Both the position numbers and the translations under genes were made by a program. Positions 37,987-48,406 of a stretch of 64,000 bases of DNA are shown piece after piece. Where the stretch lies: NCBI GenBank assembly GCA_039932615.1, contig JBDTPP010000001.1:4854-68853 (forward strand), given 5' to 3'. Numbering within the stretch: the first letter of the stretch is position 1; the number at the start of each line of letters is the position of its first letter. This DNA comes from Pseudoxanthomonas sp. (lineage in GTDB: Bacteria > Pseudomonadota > Gammaproteobacteria > Xanthomonadales > Xanthomonadaceae). A model generated the notes under the pieces. That model was not told the origin of the DNA. It did not search any database and saw nothing but the letters and a program-made list of their open reading frames with translations.

Positions 37987-40900
37987 CTATTTCGCTCCCT
38001 TCTTCTGGTGCAGTCCCAGCGCCTCGACCAACGCCTCTGACATCGCCTGGCGCGAGAAACGCCGGCGCACGAACTCGGTGCCGGCCCGCGACCTGGTACG
38101 CCACAGCTCATCGTCTGAAAGCAGTTCCAGTAACGCAGCGGCCATGGCTGCAGGAAGATCGACGATCGCTGCGGCAACTTCCAGGCCGGGAAGGCCCTGC
38201 GCTCCTACACTGGTGGTGACCAGGGGCAAACCATTGCAAAGGCTCTCCACCACCTTGCCCTTCACGCCGGCTCCGTAGCGAAGCGGTACCACCGCTACCC
38301 TGGCCTCGCGGTAAAGACTGGCGAGTTCCGCGTCGTCGACGTAACCAGTCACTTCAACCAGTGGCCCAGCCAATTCGAGTACCCGCTGGGTAGGGTTTGC
38401 ACCTACCAGCTTGAGGGGCAGGTCGGGACAGACCTTCCAGACTTCGGGCATCACCTGGTCTACCAGCCAAGAAGCTGCATCGACGTTGGGCGGATGACCA
38501 AATCCAGCGACAAATAAAACTCCTCGTCTTGAGGACGCGTCCTCCGCTTCGTGGAAGACATCAAACGCATAAGGCTGGATTGCAATCGCGTTGACAGTCG
38601 GCTCCAGCTCTACGACGGCAGCCGCTTCCTCCTGCGAGGGATACAGGACGATGTCGACACCTTGCCATACCGAGCGCTCGACAGCCTCCAACCGACTTGC
38701 TTCGTGGGCCAGGCCCGGCTGGTCCGCTATTTGGCGTTCCAGCGCGACTCTCCTGAAATGCAGGTCATGACCGTAATAGGCGATGCGTGCGCGCGTATGA
38801 GCTCGCAAGGTTTCCAGGTGTGATGCTGCAACATCTGGGCGGGACAAAAGCACAGCGTCGAGTTCGTCGCCCAGTTGCTCCAGCAGCATTGCCAAGCCTC
38901 CGCTCCACCGATGACCATGGAAAACCTCCACGCCCATCTTCTGCAACGCAGGTGTATAGCTTTGGTCGTACCAAAGATTGTCGGGCCAGAATTTCACCAT
39001 GCAGCCCGAATCAACCAGGCTCTTGATGAACGCATACATCGTCCTGGATCCCGCGTCACGATCCGGTTGCGGGACATAGTGGTCGATCACCAGCACCATC
39101 GACTTGTTCCAACCCCGGTCGCGCGCGCGCGAGACGTGCGTGCCATTGGGGTAGTGGTCAGCGAGCGCCTCCTTCCAGCGCTCGACCAGCTTGGCCTGAT
39201 TGACTACCTGGCAGGCTTTTATGCCAACACCCACGTCCGTGCCATGCGAAACCCCCTCATGGTGGATAACCGTGGAGAAGGGCGTGTAGTACACCTCTTT
39301 GCCCATGGCCCGCAGCCTGAAAGCCAGATCGGAGTCCTCGCAGTAGGCGGGGATGTAGGCCTCATCGAACCCACCCAACAACCTGAAGTCGGAGAGGCGC
39401 AACAGAATGCTCGCACCGGAACAATAGTCAACAGAGCGTATGTAGTTGTATTCCGTGGCAGCCGGGTTATCGAGGCGACCGTAGTTCCAGGCCGAGCCGT
39501 CCCGCCATATTATCCCTCCTGCTTCCTGCAGTCGTCCGTCGGGATAGACGAGTTTTGAGCCAGCCATGCCTGCATTCGGCATGGACGCGAAGACGTCCAG
39601 CAGCGCGTCAAGCCAACCCTCTGTTACCTCCGTGTCATTATTGAGGAAATAGATGAACTCGCCGCACGCCATCTTAGAGGCGGAATTGCACGACCGCAGG
39701 AAGCCGAGGTTTTCCGGGTTTCGCAAATATCTCAAGCCTGGCACCTTTGCCAGCAGATCCATGGACTCGTCGCCAGATGCGTCCTCGACCACGATCACTT
39801 CACAGCTGGCGAGTGGTACGTGTGAGGCGATCGAACGCAAGCAGGCCACTGTAAAATCCAAGTTGCCATACGCCGGGATGATGATGGATACCTGCGGCGA
39901 TTCAGAGCGTTCGAACGACAACCCATCCAACGCGCCGGACTGATCGATTGACCCCGCGTCGGCCGCGATCTTCACCGGCACCAGCGTCATCGGCACCCCA
40001 ACGCCCTCGCGGGAGATCAGCCAGCTCCTGGCAGGAACACGCAACCAAGACAACCAGCGGCTGCGCGCGAGCGCCGAACTGCGGAGGGATTCGCCTACCA
40101 ACACCCATTCGCCTCGGAACACCTTGGCTGCCAACCTGAGCGGTCGCGTGATCCTCCATGACCGCGATGCAAGTATTTCGCCGAGCTGAAGACGCAATTT
40201 CTGCATTTTCCGGCGCTGCAATTCCGCGTCCATCCTCGCCGCCTCCAATGCGCGTTGACTGTTCGTGGCAACGACAGTCAAATCCGCCACCTTCCGCTCC
40301 AAATCGTCGCGCCGCCCTTCGCTGTCGGACAGACCTTCTTTCAAAACCCCAACGCTGTCCTCCAACACTTGCCGGGTACTATCCGCTTCCGCCCTCTCAA
40401 CCACCAGGTCCCGCTGCAACTGAGCAGCCCACGCGGTGCGCTGCTCCAGTTCAACGCCCCGCTGTTCGACGATGGCCCTTGCCCGTTCGACCTCGGCCTG
40501 TAGCTGCATCGCCCACGCGGTCCGCTCCTCCAGTTCAACGCCCCGCTGTTCGACGATGGCCCTTGCCCGTTCGACCTCGGCCTGTAGCTGCATCGCCCAC
40601 GCGGTCCGCTCCTCCAGTTCAACGCCCCTCTGTTCGACGATGGCCCTTGCCTGTTCCACCTCTGCCTGGAGCTTCATTGCCCACGCCGTTCTTTCTTCCA
40701 ATTCCCCAGTGCTCCGCGTCCACGCCACCCGCGCCTGGGCCAGGCTGTCTTCGAGCGAGCCGGCCCATGCGACCGCATCATGGTGTTCGCTCCGGGCGCA
40801 GGCCAAGGCACTGCGCGCACTTTCTAGTTCGCCATCGAGGGTCTGTGCCCATCGGGTTCTTTGGTCGAGCAGTTGTTGAAGGTCCACGATCCGGAGATCA

Positions 40901-42294
40901 CGCAGCGAAACTTCCTTGTCCAGGTCCCGCGCCCAGTTGATTGCCTTGTCCGCATTCTTCATCGCATCTTTCTGGGCCTCCAGTTCAAGCTGCAGGTTCA
41001 AGGTCGTGTTGGCCTGCGAAGGCGAATGCTGGCGATACTCTATGAGAGGCGACGGCACGTGCGTTGGCATCCAGCCCGACTCCAGCATTCGCTTGAACAA
41101 GTCATGGTCCTCGGGCCCACCTGACACACGGTAGCCGCCGACCTGGTCGAACGCCTTCCTCCTGTACATGGAAGATCCGTGGATGAAGTTGCTCGTCTCG
41201 AGATTGTCCATCGCTTCTGCGGTTGGACCGGGGAAATTCCACTCATATATCCCCCAGCGCTCGTGAATGCTCTCGCCGACGTACCTGGCACCGACGCTGT
41301 CGGCCAGCAGCTTTGACCTGGGTCCGAAAATCGACATATCCGTATACGCAACGCCCGCCCGTGCGTCCCCATCCAGCGCTGACTTGCAACGCTCAACGAA
41401 ATCGCTCCGCATCCTGTTGTCGGCACCCAGGAACGCAACGTAGTCGCTTGAAGTGAGCGCGACGGCGTTGTTGAAATTTTCGATGATCCCCAGGTTCCTC
41501 GAATTCCTCACGAACCGCACGCGGTCGGCGTAGCGTTCAATGACCTCTTCCGAGCCATCCGTGGAAAAATCGTCGACTACGAGAATTTCCGTCGGCGCAT
41601 GGGTCTGCGCAAGCACCGATTCAATCGCTTCTGCCACGTAGTTGCGATAGTTATAGTTCGCGATAATGATCGCGACAGTCGCGCTTGCGAAGACAGTATC
41701 CTCGGTGACGATGACGCGGTTCAACTGGAAGCGGTCCTGCTCGTCGCCATCGACACAGGAAAGCGCGCCTGAAAACCGCTTCTTAACCTCGTCCACCACG
41801 ACCTCGTCATGATCGCCGTGCGGATATGCGAACCAATCGAAGTTGGGCGCAGGGAGCCTGTCGAGAAGGGCCGGTTCAATTGACAGCTCATGCGCCAACT
41901 GCAACGGGTCGTTGCTCGCGAGCCGGGAATGGCTGCGCGTATGCCATTGCACCCGGCCGCCATGGGCCGTCATCTCAACCAAGTCTTCGATGCCAGCGAA
42001 GCGGATGAGTGGTTCGTCGGAGTCAAACGCATTGTCGCCGCCGATATGGTCGCCGATCACGAACAGCTCGAACGGATACCCCCACTTTTTCAGGATCGGA
42101 AACGCGTAGCGATAAACGTTCTCGTAAACCCCGTCGAAGGTAATGACCACGTGATCCGGGTTGACGGGATCGTAGTCGGCAAGCAGAACCACCTTTCGCG
42201 ACTTCAGGCTCGCCATCTGCAGGTCGAAAGCGTCCGCGCTGACCCACCAGACCGTGGGTGTCTGCGGAGCAACCTTGTGGTAGAGAAGAATCAT
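37987..42294 (-). CDS. Multidomain glycan polymerase/terminator: NodB-like CE4 + GT2 + coiled coil + GT2 + GT4
   Basis: LLYHKV/ITFDG/HTRSH/FAYPHG (CE4); [16 protein letters not shown] (GT2); 28-aa repeats; [11 protein letters not shown]; IIIPAYG/FLNNDT/YCEDSD (GT2); [25 protein letters not shown] (GT4). Confidence 0.9.
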   Translation of the reverse strand: MILLYHKVAPQTPTVWWVSADAFDLQMASLKSRKVVLLADYDPVNPDHVVITFDGVYENVYRYAFPILKKWGYPFELFVIGDHIGGDNAFDSDEPLIRFAGIEDLVEMTAHGGRVQWHTRSHSRLASNDPLQLAHELSIEPALLDRLPAPNFDWFAYPHGDHDEVVVDEVKKRFSGALSCVDGDEQDRFQLNRVIVTEDTVFASATVAIIIANYNYRNYVAEAIESVLAQTHAPTEILVVDDFSTDGSEEVIERYADRVRFVRNSRNLGIIENFNNAVALTSSDYVAFLGADNRMRSDFVERCKSALDGDARAGVAYTDMSIFGPRSKLLADSVGARYVGESIHERWGIYEWNFPGPTAEAMDNLETSNFIHGSSMYRRKAFDQVGGYRVSGGPEDHDLFKRMLESGWMPTHVPSPLIEYRQHSPSQANTTLNLQLELEAQKDAMKNADKAINWARDLDKEVSLRDLRIVDLQQLLDQRTRWAQTLDGELESARSALACARSEHHDAVAWAGSLEDSLAQARVAWTRSTGELEERTAWAMKLQAEVEQARAIVEQRGVELEERTAWAMQLQAEVERARAIVEQRGVELEERTAWAMQLQAEVERARAIVEQRGVELEQRTAWAAQLQRDLVVERAEADSTRQVLEDSVGVLKEGLSDSEGRRDDLERKVADLTVVATNSQRALEAARMDAELQRRKMQKLRLQLGEILASRSWRITRPLRLAAKVFRGEWVLVGESLRSSALARSRWLSWLRVPARSWLISREGVGVPMTLVPVKIAADAGSIDQSGALDGLSFERSESPQVSIIIPAYGNLDFTVACLRSIASHVPLASCEVIVVEDASGDESMDLLAKVPGLRYLRNPENLGFLRSCNSASKMACGEFIYFLNNDTEVTEGWLDALLDVFASMPNAGMAGSKLVYPDGRLQEAGGIIWRDGSAWNYGRLDNPAATEYNYIRSVDYCSGASILLRLSDFRLLGGFDEAYIPAYCEDSDLAFRLRAMGKEVYYTPFSTVIHHEGVSHGTDVGVGIKACQVVNQAKLVERWKEALADHYPNGTHVSRARDRGWNKSMVLVIDHYVPQPDRDAGSRTMYAFIKSLVDSGCMVKFWPDNLWYDQSYTPALQKMGVEVFHGHRWSGGLAMLLEQLGDELDAVLLSRPDVAASHLETLRAHTRARIAYYGHDLHFRRVALERQIADQPGLAHEASRLEAVERSVWQGVDIVLYPSQEEAAAVVELEPTVNAIAIQPYAFDVFHEAEDASSRRGVLFVAGFGHPPNVDAASWLVDQVMPEVWKVCPDLPLKLVGANPTQRVLELAGPLVEVTGYVDDAELASLYREARVAVVPLRYGAGVKGKVVESLCNGLPLVTTSVGAQGLPGLEVAAAIVDLPAAMAAALLELLSDDELWRTRSRAGTEFVRRRFSRQAMSEALVEALGLHQKKGAK
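40427..40704 (-). repeat. Intragenic 84-bp tandem repeat (28-aa coiled-coil unit)
   Basis: 40444-40527 and 40528-40611 are identical, 40612-40695 is diverged; unit [28 protein letters not shown]. Confidence 0.95.
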
Positions 42295-42848
42295 TTGACG
42301 AGCACTTCAAGGTGGTGCGTGTACTCTCGGTAGGGATAAAGGAGCCTGTCGAGCAAGGTGTAAGCAAAGCGCAAGTGGTTCCAGTGGCGGATGTGACAGG
42401 ACGCAATCACACCGCCACCCTCAAGCAGGTCGTCTACGACGGTGCGGACAACCGACTTCGCCTTTCCTATGTACTGGTCATAGAGCACGCCCGTCACGAC
42501 GATAAGGTCGAATCGACCCAGATCGGCAATCGCGGGATCGAGCAGCGACAGGGGGCTGAACTTGACCCTTTCCGCGATACCTTTCTCGGCGGCGTGCTGA
42601 CGCGCCCATTCGATAGCCTTAGGGGAGATGTCGATACCCAGCACGCTGTCGCCCGGCAACGAACATGTCACGAACCCGTTGCCGCAGCCGATGTCCAAAC
42701 ATCGCTTGAATTGCCGGCGCGGTAGCGCGGACAGCAATTCCGCCCTACGCCTTTCGTCATCTGGGTTTCCGGAATAGCCCCAAGGGTCAGCGTCGCTGTA
42801 GAAGGCGTCCAGATCCAAACGTGATTGCAGTTCCATGCCCGTGCTCAC
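42291..42848 (-). CDS. NodS-like SAM-dependent methyltransferase
   Basis: DADPWGY...[37 protein letters not shown] resemble NodS motifs; overlaps wzt and the GT gene. Confidence 0.8.
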   Translation of the reverse strand: MSTGMELQSRLDLDAFYSDADPWGYSGNPDDERRRAELLSALPRRQFKRCLDIGCGNGFVTCSLPGDSVLGIDISPKAIEWARQHAAEKGIAERVKFSPLSLLDPAIADLGRFDLIVVTGVLYDQYIGKAKSVVRTVVDDLLEGGGVIASCHIRHWNHLRFAYTLLDRLLYPYREYTHHLEVLVK

Positions 42849-44176
42849 GCCTGCTTCCTTATCGTGACGCCAATGCCCGGATTAAAGATGGCCCATGCCA
42901 ACTGCTTGCCCCGATCCGCTGTCTTCAAAGTAGCCGCGACGTCGATCCAGTCGAAGTATTGGTTGGTGATGATCGGCTTGTCGGCCGCAATCAGGCACAG
43001 CCCGTATTCGCCCGCACGCAGGTAATTCATGAAATCGAAGTCGATTTCCACCAGGCTACCTGCAGAAAGGTCGCGCAGTTCTTTGTGCTCATAATCGGTG
43101 TTGGTTCCCATGATGTCGATCTGAAGCCTGTCCCTCAAGTAGAAAGCCACGACTAGATTCTCGACCGGCTCGTTTACCTGCAACTTGACCTTGATTCGAA
43201 CGGCCTGACCCCAGGAGGCGACGTTCACTTCATCGCCGTCGGTGCCGACGATGCGTGCCGACACGAACTCGCAGACCTCCGACGCGTGGCGGCGAAATGG
43301 CGCTACCGAAGAACGGAAGCGTTCGATTTCCCGCGAGTCCACCACACCGAATGCATCAGACTGCGCAACCGGAGCCACCGAAGTGGGGGCGAAGTCGGAA
43401 GCCATCCCGTCTTCCCTGTTGGTTTCCGCCAGATATTGTTCGCATACTTCCTCGCTGGGTCCGATCGACCTTACTATGCCCTTCTGGAGGAACATGGCCC
43501 TGCTGCACAGATTCTTGACCGCATTCGTGTCATGCGACACGAACAGCAATGTCCCGCCGTTGCTGACAAAGGCGTTCAGGCGACGCATGCACTTGGCCTG
43601 GAACGCAAAGTCGCCGACGCTTAACGCCTCGTCGATGACAAGGATGTCCGCGTCTGCGTAAGTCGCCACAGAGAAAGCGAGCCTTACGGCCATGCCACTG
43701 GAGTACGACTTCAGGGGCTGGTCCATGAACTCCCCGATGTCGGCGAACGCCGCGATGTCCTCGAACCGGGACTGAATCACGTCATGGCTCATGCCAAGTA
43801 CGGCCCCATTCAGGTAGACGTTCTCACGGCCGGAAAATTCCGGGTTGAAACCAGACCCCAGCTCGAGCAACGCCGCAACCCGACCAGTAATACTCACCTG
43901 CCCCGCCGTTGGCGTCAGGGTGCCGCACAACAGCTGCAGGAGGGTGGATTTTCCGGAACCATTGCGCCCGACAATCCCGAAAGTTTCGCCGCGCCTGACT
44001 TCGAATGAAGCCTCCTTGAGGGCCCAGAACTCGCGGTAGTTCGCCTTCGGGTCCCGCCCGATCAGTACTTGCATACGCGGCATCAGGAACTGCCGCAGGC
44101 GTTGTCCGGGCCTTTCATACAGGTGGTAGCACTTGGAAAGATTCTCGGCGCGGATCGAAATATCGTCAGATGACAT
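42845..44176 (-). CDS. wzt: Polysaccharide ABC exporter ATPase with C-terminal carbohydrate-binding module
   Basis: EFWAL, GRNGSGKS, ALLELGSGF, YSSGM, DEALSVGD; C-terminal Wzt-C-like beta domain (MGTNT). Confidence 0.95.
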   Translation of the reverse strand: MSSDDISIRAENLSKCYHLYERPGQRLRQFLMPRMQVLIGRDPKANYREFWALKEASFEVRRGETFGIVGRNGSGKSTLLQLLCGTLTPTAGQVSITGRVAALLELGSGFNPEFSGRENVYLNGAVLGMSHDVIQSRFEDIAAFADIGEFMDQPLKSYSSGMAVRLAFSVATYADADILVIDEALSVGDFAFQAKCMRRLNAFVSNGGTLLFVSHDTNAVKNLCSRAMFLQKGIVRSIGPSEEVCEQYLAETNREDGMASDFAPTSVAPVAQSDAFGVVDSREIERFRSSVAPFRRHASEVCEFVSARIVGTDGDEVNVASWGQAVRIKVKLQVNEPVENLVVAFYLRDRLQIDIMGTNTDYEHKELRDLSAGSLVEIDFDFMNYLRAGEYGLCLIAADKPIITNQYFDWIDVAATLKTADRGKQLAWAIFNPGIGVTIRKQA

Positions 44177-45002
44177 CGGCGAAACCCTTGCGCGTCCTCT
44201 GGAACCACCAAAATCCTGCCCAAGCCAGGAGGACGCTCGCACCGAGGTAGACCGAATATTGCGTCCAGTCCGGCATTCTTCCCCAGATGATCGCACCACG
44301 CATTTGCTCTATGACCAGCGTCAAGGGGTTGAGGTGCATCAATATCCGGTATTTCTCGGGCATTGCCGAAAGGGGAAAGAAGACTGGAGCGAGGAACAGG
44401 AGCGCGGTGGTGATAATCATCGTGAGCTGCCCGATATCGCGCAGGAATACCCCAAGTGATGCCAGAAACCAGCTGAATCCAAGGGTTGCCAACGCCAGGG
44501 GCAGCATCAGCACCGGGGCCAGCAGGATTTGCCAGTGCAGGCTGTCTCCATTGATCACCAGCGCGCCCATCAGCACGAAGAGACTTACGAGCGTATGGAA
44601 CGCGGCCGAGCCCAGCGCGATCATCGGCAGGATCTCGAGTGGAAAGACGACGCGTTTCACATAATTCGTGTTGTGCACAATCAGGCTCGGTGAACGATTG
44701 ACGCATTCGGCAAACAGTCCATGCACGATCATTCCGACGAAAAGAACGATCGCGAAGCCGATCTTGGAGTCGTCGCCATTGCCGCCCCACCGGGCCTTGA
44801 AGACCACACTGAATACAAAGGTATAAACGGCCAGCATGAATAGTGGGTTCAGGAAAGACCATGCCAGGCCCATCGCGGATCCCTTGTAACGACCCGTCAC
44901 GTCGCGAATGATCATCTGGCCAATCAAGTGGCGATTGCGCCATTGGCTGGCGATCATTTCGAGCAGCGAGGCGGAACTGGACTGATGCGGATTCCAGCTC
45001 AC
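44166..45002 (-). CDS. wzm: Polysaccharide ABC exporter permease
   Basis: RYKGSAMGLAWSFLNPL, YVKRVVFP, LRDIGQ, NPL, GFADVI. Confidence 0.95.
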   Translation of the reverse strand: MSWNPHQSSSASLLEMIASQWRNRHLIGQMIIRDVTGRYKGSAMGLAWSFLNPLFMLAVYTFVFSVVFKARWGGNGDDSKIGFAIVLFVGMIVHGLFAECVNRSPSLIVHNTNYVKRVVFPLEILPMIALGSAAFHTLVSLFVLMGALVINGDSLHWQILLAPVLMLPLALATLGFSWFLASLGVFLRDIGQLTMIITTALLFLAPVFFPLSAMPEKYRILMHLNPLTLVIEQMRGAIIWGRMPDWTQYSVYLGASVLLAWAGFWWFQRTRKGFADVI

Positions 45003-45048
45003 TCAGCCGACTCCTTCATGGGCGCCAGGACGCGGCGCAAGGCGACGC

Positions 45049-46233
45049 TCATACAAGCGCAGCCTCAAGGTCAAGACGCAAATCTTCGACATTCTCGACG
45101 CCTATGCTCAACCGGACCAGACCGTCGTCTATTCCCAGAGTGCTCCTGCGCTCCTTGGGAATCGAGGCATGTGTCATCACTGCAGGGTGGTTGATAAGAC
45201 TCTCGACACCGCCCAGGGACTCGGCAAGGGTGAAGAGCCGGGTCTTCTCGCATAGGCGACGGGCCGTATCGAAGCCGCCCGCCAGCACGATGGAAATGAT
45301 CCCGCCAAAGCCGTCCATTTGCCGCTTGGCCAATTCGTGTTGCGGGTGCGACGTGAGGCCCGGGTAGATGACTTTCTCGATGCCAGCATGGCTTTCCAGC
45401 CAATGCGCCAACGCCATTGCATTCTCGCAATGCGCTTTCATGCGCAAATGCAATGTCTTCAGGCCTCGCAGTGCGAGAAACGAATCGAACGGACCCTGCA
45501 CCGCGCCGATCGAGTTCTGCAGGAACGCCAGCTGCTCGGCCAGTTCGTTGTCGTCGCCGACCACGACCATGCCGCCGACCATGTCGGAATGGCCGTTGAG
45601 GTACTTGGTCGCCGAGTGCATGACGATGTCCGCGCCCATCAGCAGGGGACGCTGCAGGATCGGTGATGCAAATGTGTTGTCGACCACGACCCGCAGGCCG
45701 TGCTTGCGGGCGATGGCGCAGACCGCCTCGATATCGACGATCTTGAGCATCGGGTTGGTGGGCGTTTCTATCCAGACCATCTTGGTGTCAGGGCGGATCG
45801 CGGCCTCGAAGGCGGCCAGGTCGGTCAGGTCGATGAAGCTGAAATCCAGTCCGGCGCTGCGCCTGCGCACGCGCTCGAACAGGCGATAGGTGCCGCCGTA
45901 GATATCGTCCATGGCGATGACATGGCTGCCGCTGTCCAGCAACTCCAGCAAGGTCGAGGTGGCGGCCATGCCCGAGGCGAATGCGAAGCCGCGGCTGCCG
46001 CCCTCCAGTGCCGCCACGCAGCGCTCGTAGGCGAAACGCGTGGGGTTGTGAGTCCGGGAATACTCGAAGCCCTGATGTACGCCCGGGCTGCTCTGGGCAT
46101 AGGTGGAAGTGGCATAGATCGGCGGCATCACGGCGCCGGTGCTGGGGTCCGGGGATTGGCCACCGTGTATCGCCAGGGTTCCGAGTGCGTAGCCGGTTTC
46201 GTCCGGCGCGGAATATGGGGGGGTATTCGACAT
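45049..46233 (-). CDS. metB: Cystathionine gamma-synthase/lyase
   Basis: YSRTHNPTR, FASGMAA, ETPTNP, HSATKYLNGHSD (PLP lysine), AESLGGVESL. Confidence 0.93.
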   Translation of the reverse strand: MSNTPPYSAPDETGYALGTLAIHGGQSPDPSTGAVMPPIYATSTYAQSSPGVHQGFEYSRTHNPTRFAYERCVAALEGGSRGFAFASGMAATSTLLELLDSGSHVIAMDDIYGGTYRLFERVRRRSAGLDFSFIDLTDLAAFEAAIRPDTKMVWIETPTNPMLKIVDIEAVCAIARKHGLRVVVDNTFASPILQRPLLMGADIVMHSATKYLNGHSDMVGGMVVVGDDNELAEQLAFLQNSIGAVQGPFDSFLALRGLKTLHLRMKAHCENAMALAHWLESHAGIEKVIYPGLTSHPQHELAKRQMDGFGGIISIVLAGGFDTARRLCEKTRLFTLAESLGGVESLINHPAVMTHASIPKERRSTLGIDDGLVRLSIGVENVEDLRLDLEAALV

Positions 46234-46292
46234 GGGGGACTTCCAGAATGGAGGCGGATTTTACCAATTCAGCCTGAATGGGCTGTTTGCGC

Positions 46293-47663
46293 TCACTGCA
46301 CCCGTCGGCGCAGGTAGTTCAGCAGGTCGATGCGGGTGATCAAGCCGAGGAAGGCATCACCGTCGGTAACAATGGCAACCTGGCCCCGGTCGAATACTGG
46401 CAGTAGCGCCTCGATCGGCGATTTCACGTCCAGCCGGTCCAGCTTGCTGACCATTGCCGTGGACACCGGGTCGCGGAACCGGTCCTCGTCGCCATACACA
46501 TGCAGCAGCACATCGCTCTCGTCGACAATGCCGACCAGCTTCTCGCCCTGCATCACCGGCAGTTGCGAGACGTCATAAAGCTTCATGCGCTGGTAGGCCG
46601 TGGTCAGCAGATCGGTGGGGCTGACCACCACCGTGTCCTTCTGGCTGTAGGGGCGCAGGATCAGGTCGCGAAGGTCCCCATGCTGGGCGCGTTCGATGAA
46701 GCCGTTGTCCAGCATCCAGTAGTCGTTGTACATCTTCGACAGGTACTTGTTGCCGGTATCGCACACGAATACCAGCACCTTCTTCGGTGTGGTCTGTTCC
46801 TTGCAGTACTTCAACGCTGCAGCAAGCAAGGTTCCGGTCGAGGAGCCACCAAGGATGCCTTCCTTGGCCAGCAGCTCGCGCGCGGTCAGGAAGCTTTCCT
46901 TGTCGCTGATCGCATACGCCTTTGTCACCCGGGTGAAGTCGGAGATCTCCGGCAGGAAATCCTCGCCGATGCCTTCCACCATCCAGCTGCCGGATTTTTC
47001 GCTGAGCGTGCCTTCATTGATGTATTCGGTGAGGATGGAACCGACCGGGTCGGCCAGGATCAGTTCCACGTTGGGCGCATGCTCGGCAAAGGCGCGTGAC
47101 AGGCCGGTCATGGTTCCAGAGCTGCCGCAGCCGAAGACGATAGCGTCCAGTTGCCCGTCCATCTGCCGCAGGATTTCCGGGCCGGTACCAAATTCATGCG
47201 CGGCCGGATTGTCCGGGTTGCCAAACTGGTTGATGAAGTACGCGCCTTGCGTTTCGGTGGCGACCCGCGCGGCCAGGTCCTGGTAGTACTCGGGATGGCC
47301 CTTGGCCACGTCCGAGCGGGTCAGGATGACTTCGGCACCCATCGCCTTGAGATTGAAGATCTTCTCCCGGCTCATCTTGTCCGGGACCACCAGGATCAGC
47401 TTGTAGCCTTTCTGCTGGGCGACCAGGGCCAGGCCGATGCCGGTATTGCCGGCGGTGCCTTCGACCAGGGTCGCACCCGGCTTCAGGTCGCCGCGTTGCT
47501 CGGCGGCTTCGATCATGGACATGCCAATGCGGTCCTTGATCGAGCCGCCGGGATTGGAGCTTTCCAGCTTCAGGTACAGCTCGCAGACCCCGGCATCCAG
47601 GTGCTGGGCCTTGACGATCGGGGTCTCACCAATGAGTTCCAGGACGGAAGAATGGATGGCCAT
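46293..47663 (-). CDS. Cystathionine beta-synthase (PLP domain + CBS pair)
   Basis: KLESSNPGGSIKDR, GTAGNTG, GCGSSGT, EGIGEDF; C-terminal CBS domains. Confidence 0.93.
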   Translation of the reverse strand: MAIHSSVLELIGETPIVKAQHLDAGVCELYLKLESSNPGGSIKDRIGMSMIEAAEQRGDLKPGATLVEGTAGNTGIGLALVAQQKGYKLILVVPDKMSREKIFNLKAMGAEVILTRSDVAKGHPEYYQDLAARVATETQGAYFINQFGNPDNPAAHEFGTGPEILRQMDGQLDAIVFGCGSSGTMTGLSRAFAEHAPNVELILADPVGSILTEYINEGTLSEKSGSWMVEGIGEDFLPEISDFTRVTKAYAISDKESFLTARELLAKEGILGGSSTGTLLAAALKYCKEQTTPKKVLVFVCDTGNKYLSKMYNDYWMLDNGFIERAQHGDLRDLILRPYSQKDTVVVSPTDLLTTAYQRMKLYDVSQLPVMQGEKLVGIVDESDVLLHVYGDEDRFRDPVSTAMVSKLDRLDVKSPIEALLPVFDRGQVAIVTDGDAFLGLITRIDLLNYLRRRVQ

Positions 47664-47738
47664 GCAGGAAGTGCGCTCGCGTGCGGCGGGTAGAGGACCG
47701 CCATTATCGCATCCCCGGAAGCCGGGGCTTCAGGCAAA

Positions 47739-47763
47739 GCAAAGCCCGCCGGAGCGGGCTTGC
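47739..47763 (-). terminator. Hairpin/terminator after the YdcH-family gene
   Basis: GCAAAGCCCGC-CGGA-GCGGGCTTGC. Confidence 0.5.
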
Positions 47764-47836
47764 GGTTGCAGGTGACGCGGACGGCGACAGCCGACGAGGA
47801 GGCTGTCGCCGCCCGCGACGATGGAACACGGAGACG

Positions 47837-48055
47837 TCAGTGGGGTTTGGCGTCGTAGATTCGTATAAGTCGTTCTTTCGCGGCGAGTTTCTCGCGCTTC
47901 ATCTGGCCCAGGGTGGTGTCGTCGATGGGCAGGACGCCCAGTTCGGCGTCGGTGACTTTCTTGTTCAGTTCGCGGTGTCGCTGGTACAGCTGCTTGAACT
48001 CCGGATCGGCCTTGATCAGTGCGTCTATTTCGGTTTGCGGTTGTCCTTCGAACAT
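47837..48055 (-). CDS. YdcH/DUF465 family small coiled-coil protein
   Basis: MFEGQPQ...FKQLYQRHRELNKKV...MKREKLAAKERL; AAGGAGG RBS. Confidence 0.85.
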   Translation of the reverse strand: MFEGQPQTEIDALIKADPEFKQLYQRHRELNKKVTDAELGVLPIDDTTLGQMKREKLAAKERLIRIYDAKPH

Positions 48056-48267
48056 AGCGTTACCTCCTTCAGCGGAAATACGAACGCCCCGACCTTTGCG
48101 GGCGCGGGGCGTAGGCTTGGGAGCGGAACATCGGGCGGTAACGGGCACATTCGCCAGGATCGCCCGCACGGGCCTTCTGGCCTGAAGCGGTTTCCTCTGG
48201 ATTGTGGGCCAACGTCATCGGCTCGATTCTCCGGTGAGCCAAGCGATGGATCTCGCTTGGGGTTATG

Positions 48268-48318
48268 ACCCTACTCCCTGCCATCGAACCCGGCAAGCGC
48301 CTTTACAAGTCCTTGATT
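48268..48318 (-). promoter_or_regulatory. Putative sigma70 promoter with upstream IHF site
   Basis: -35 TTGCCG (48296-48291), 17 bp spacer, -10 TAGGGT (48273-48268); AATCAAGGACTTG (48318-48306) matches WATCAANNNNTTR. Confidence 0.45.
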
Positions 48319-48406
48319 GGCATAGGAAAGGCGGACGTCATGCGTAGTGGTAAAGCGCAGCCAAGAGCCAGCAATGCCATGTAAGTCACTGTATTAATTG
48401 AATTAC

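Noticed and set aside
37983-38177. Small alternative ORFs overlapping the GT-hddA junction
   Set aside because: Off-frame overlaps of supported genes with no independent motifs.
40427-40704. Tandem repeats as a possible CRISPR array
   Set aside because: They are contiguous in-frame 84-bp units with no unique spacers, and there are no cas genes.
41695-42848. True nodulation (Nod factor) cluster
   Set aside because: No nodA or nodD, and no membrane-embedded processive NodC; the genes sit inside a wzm/wzt polysaccharide operon.
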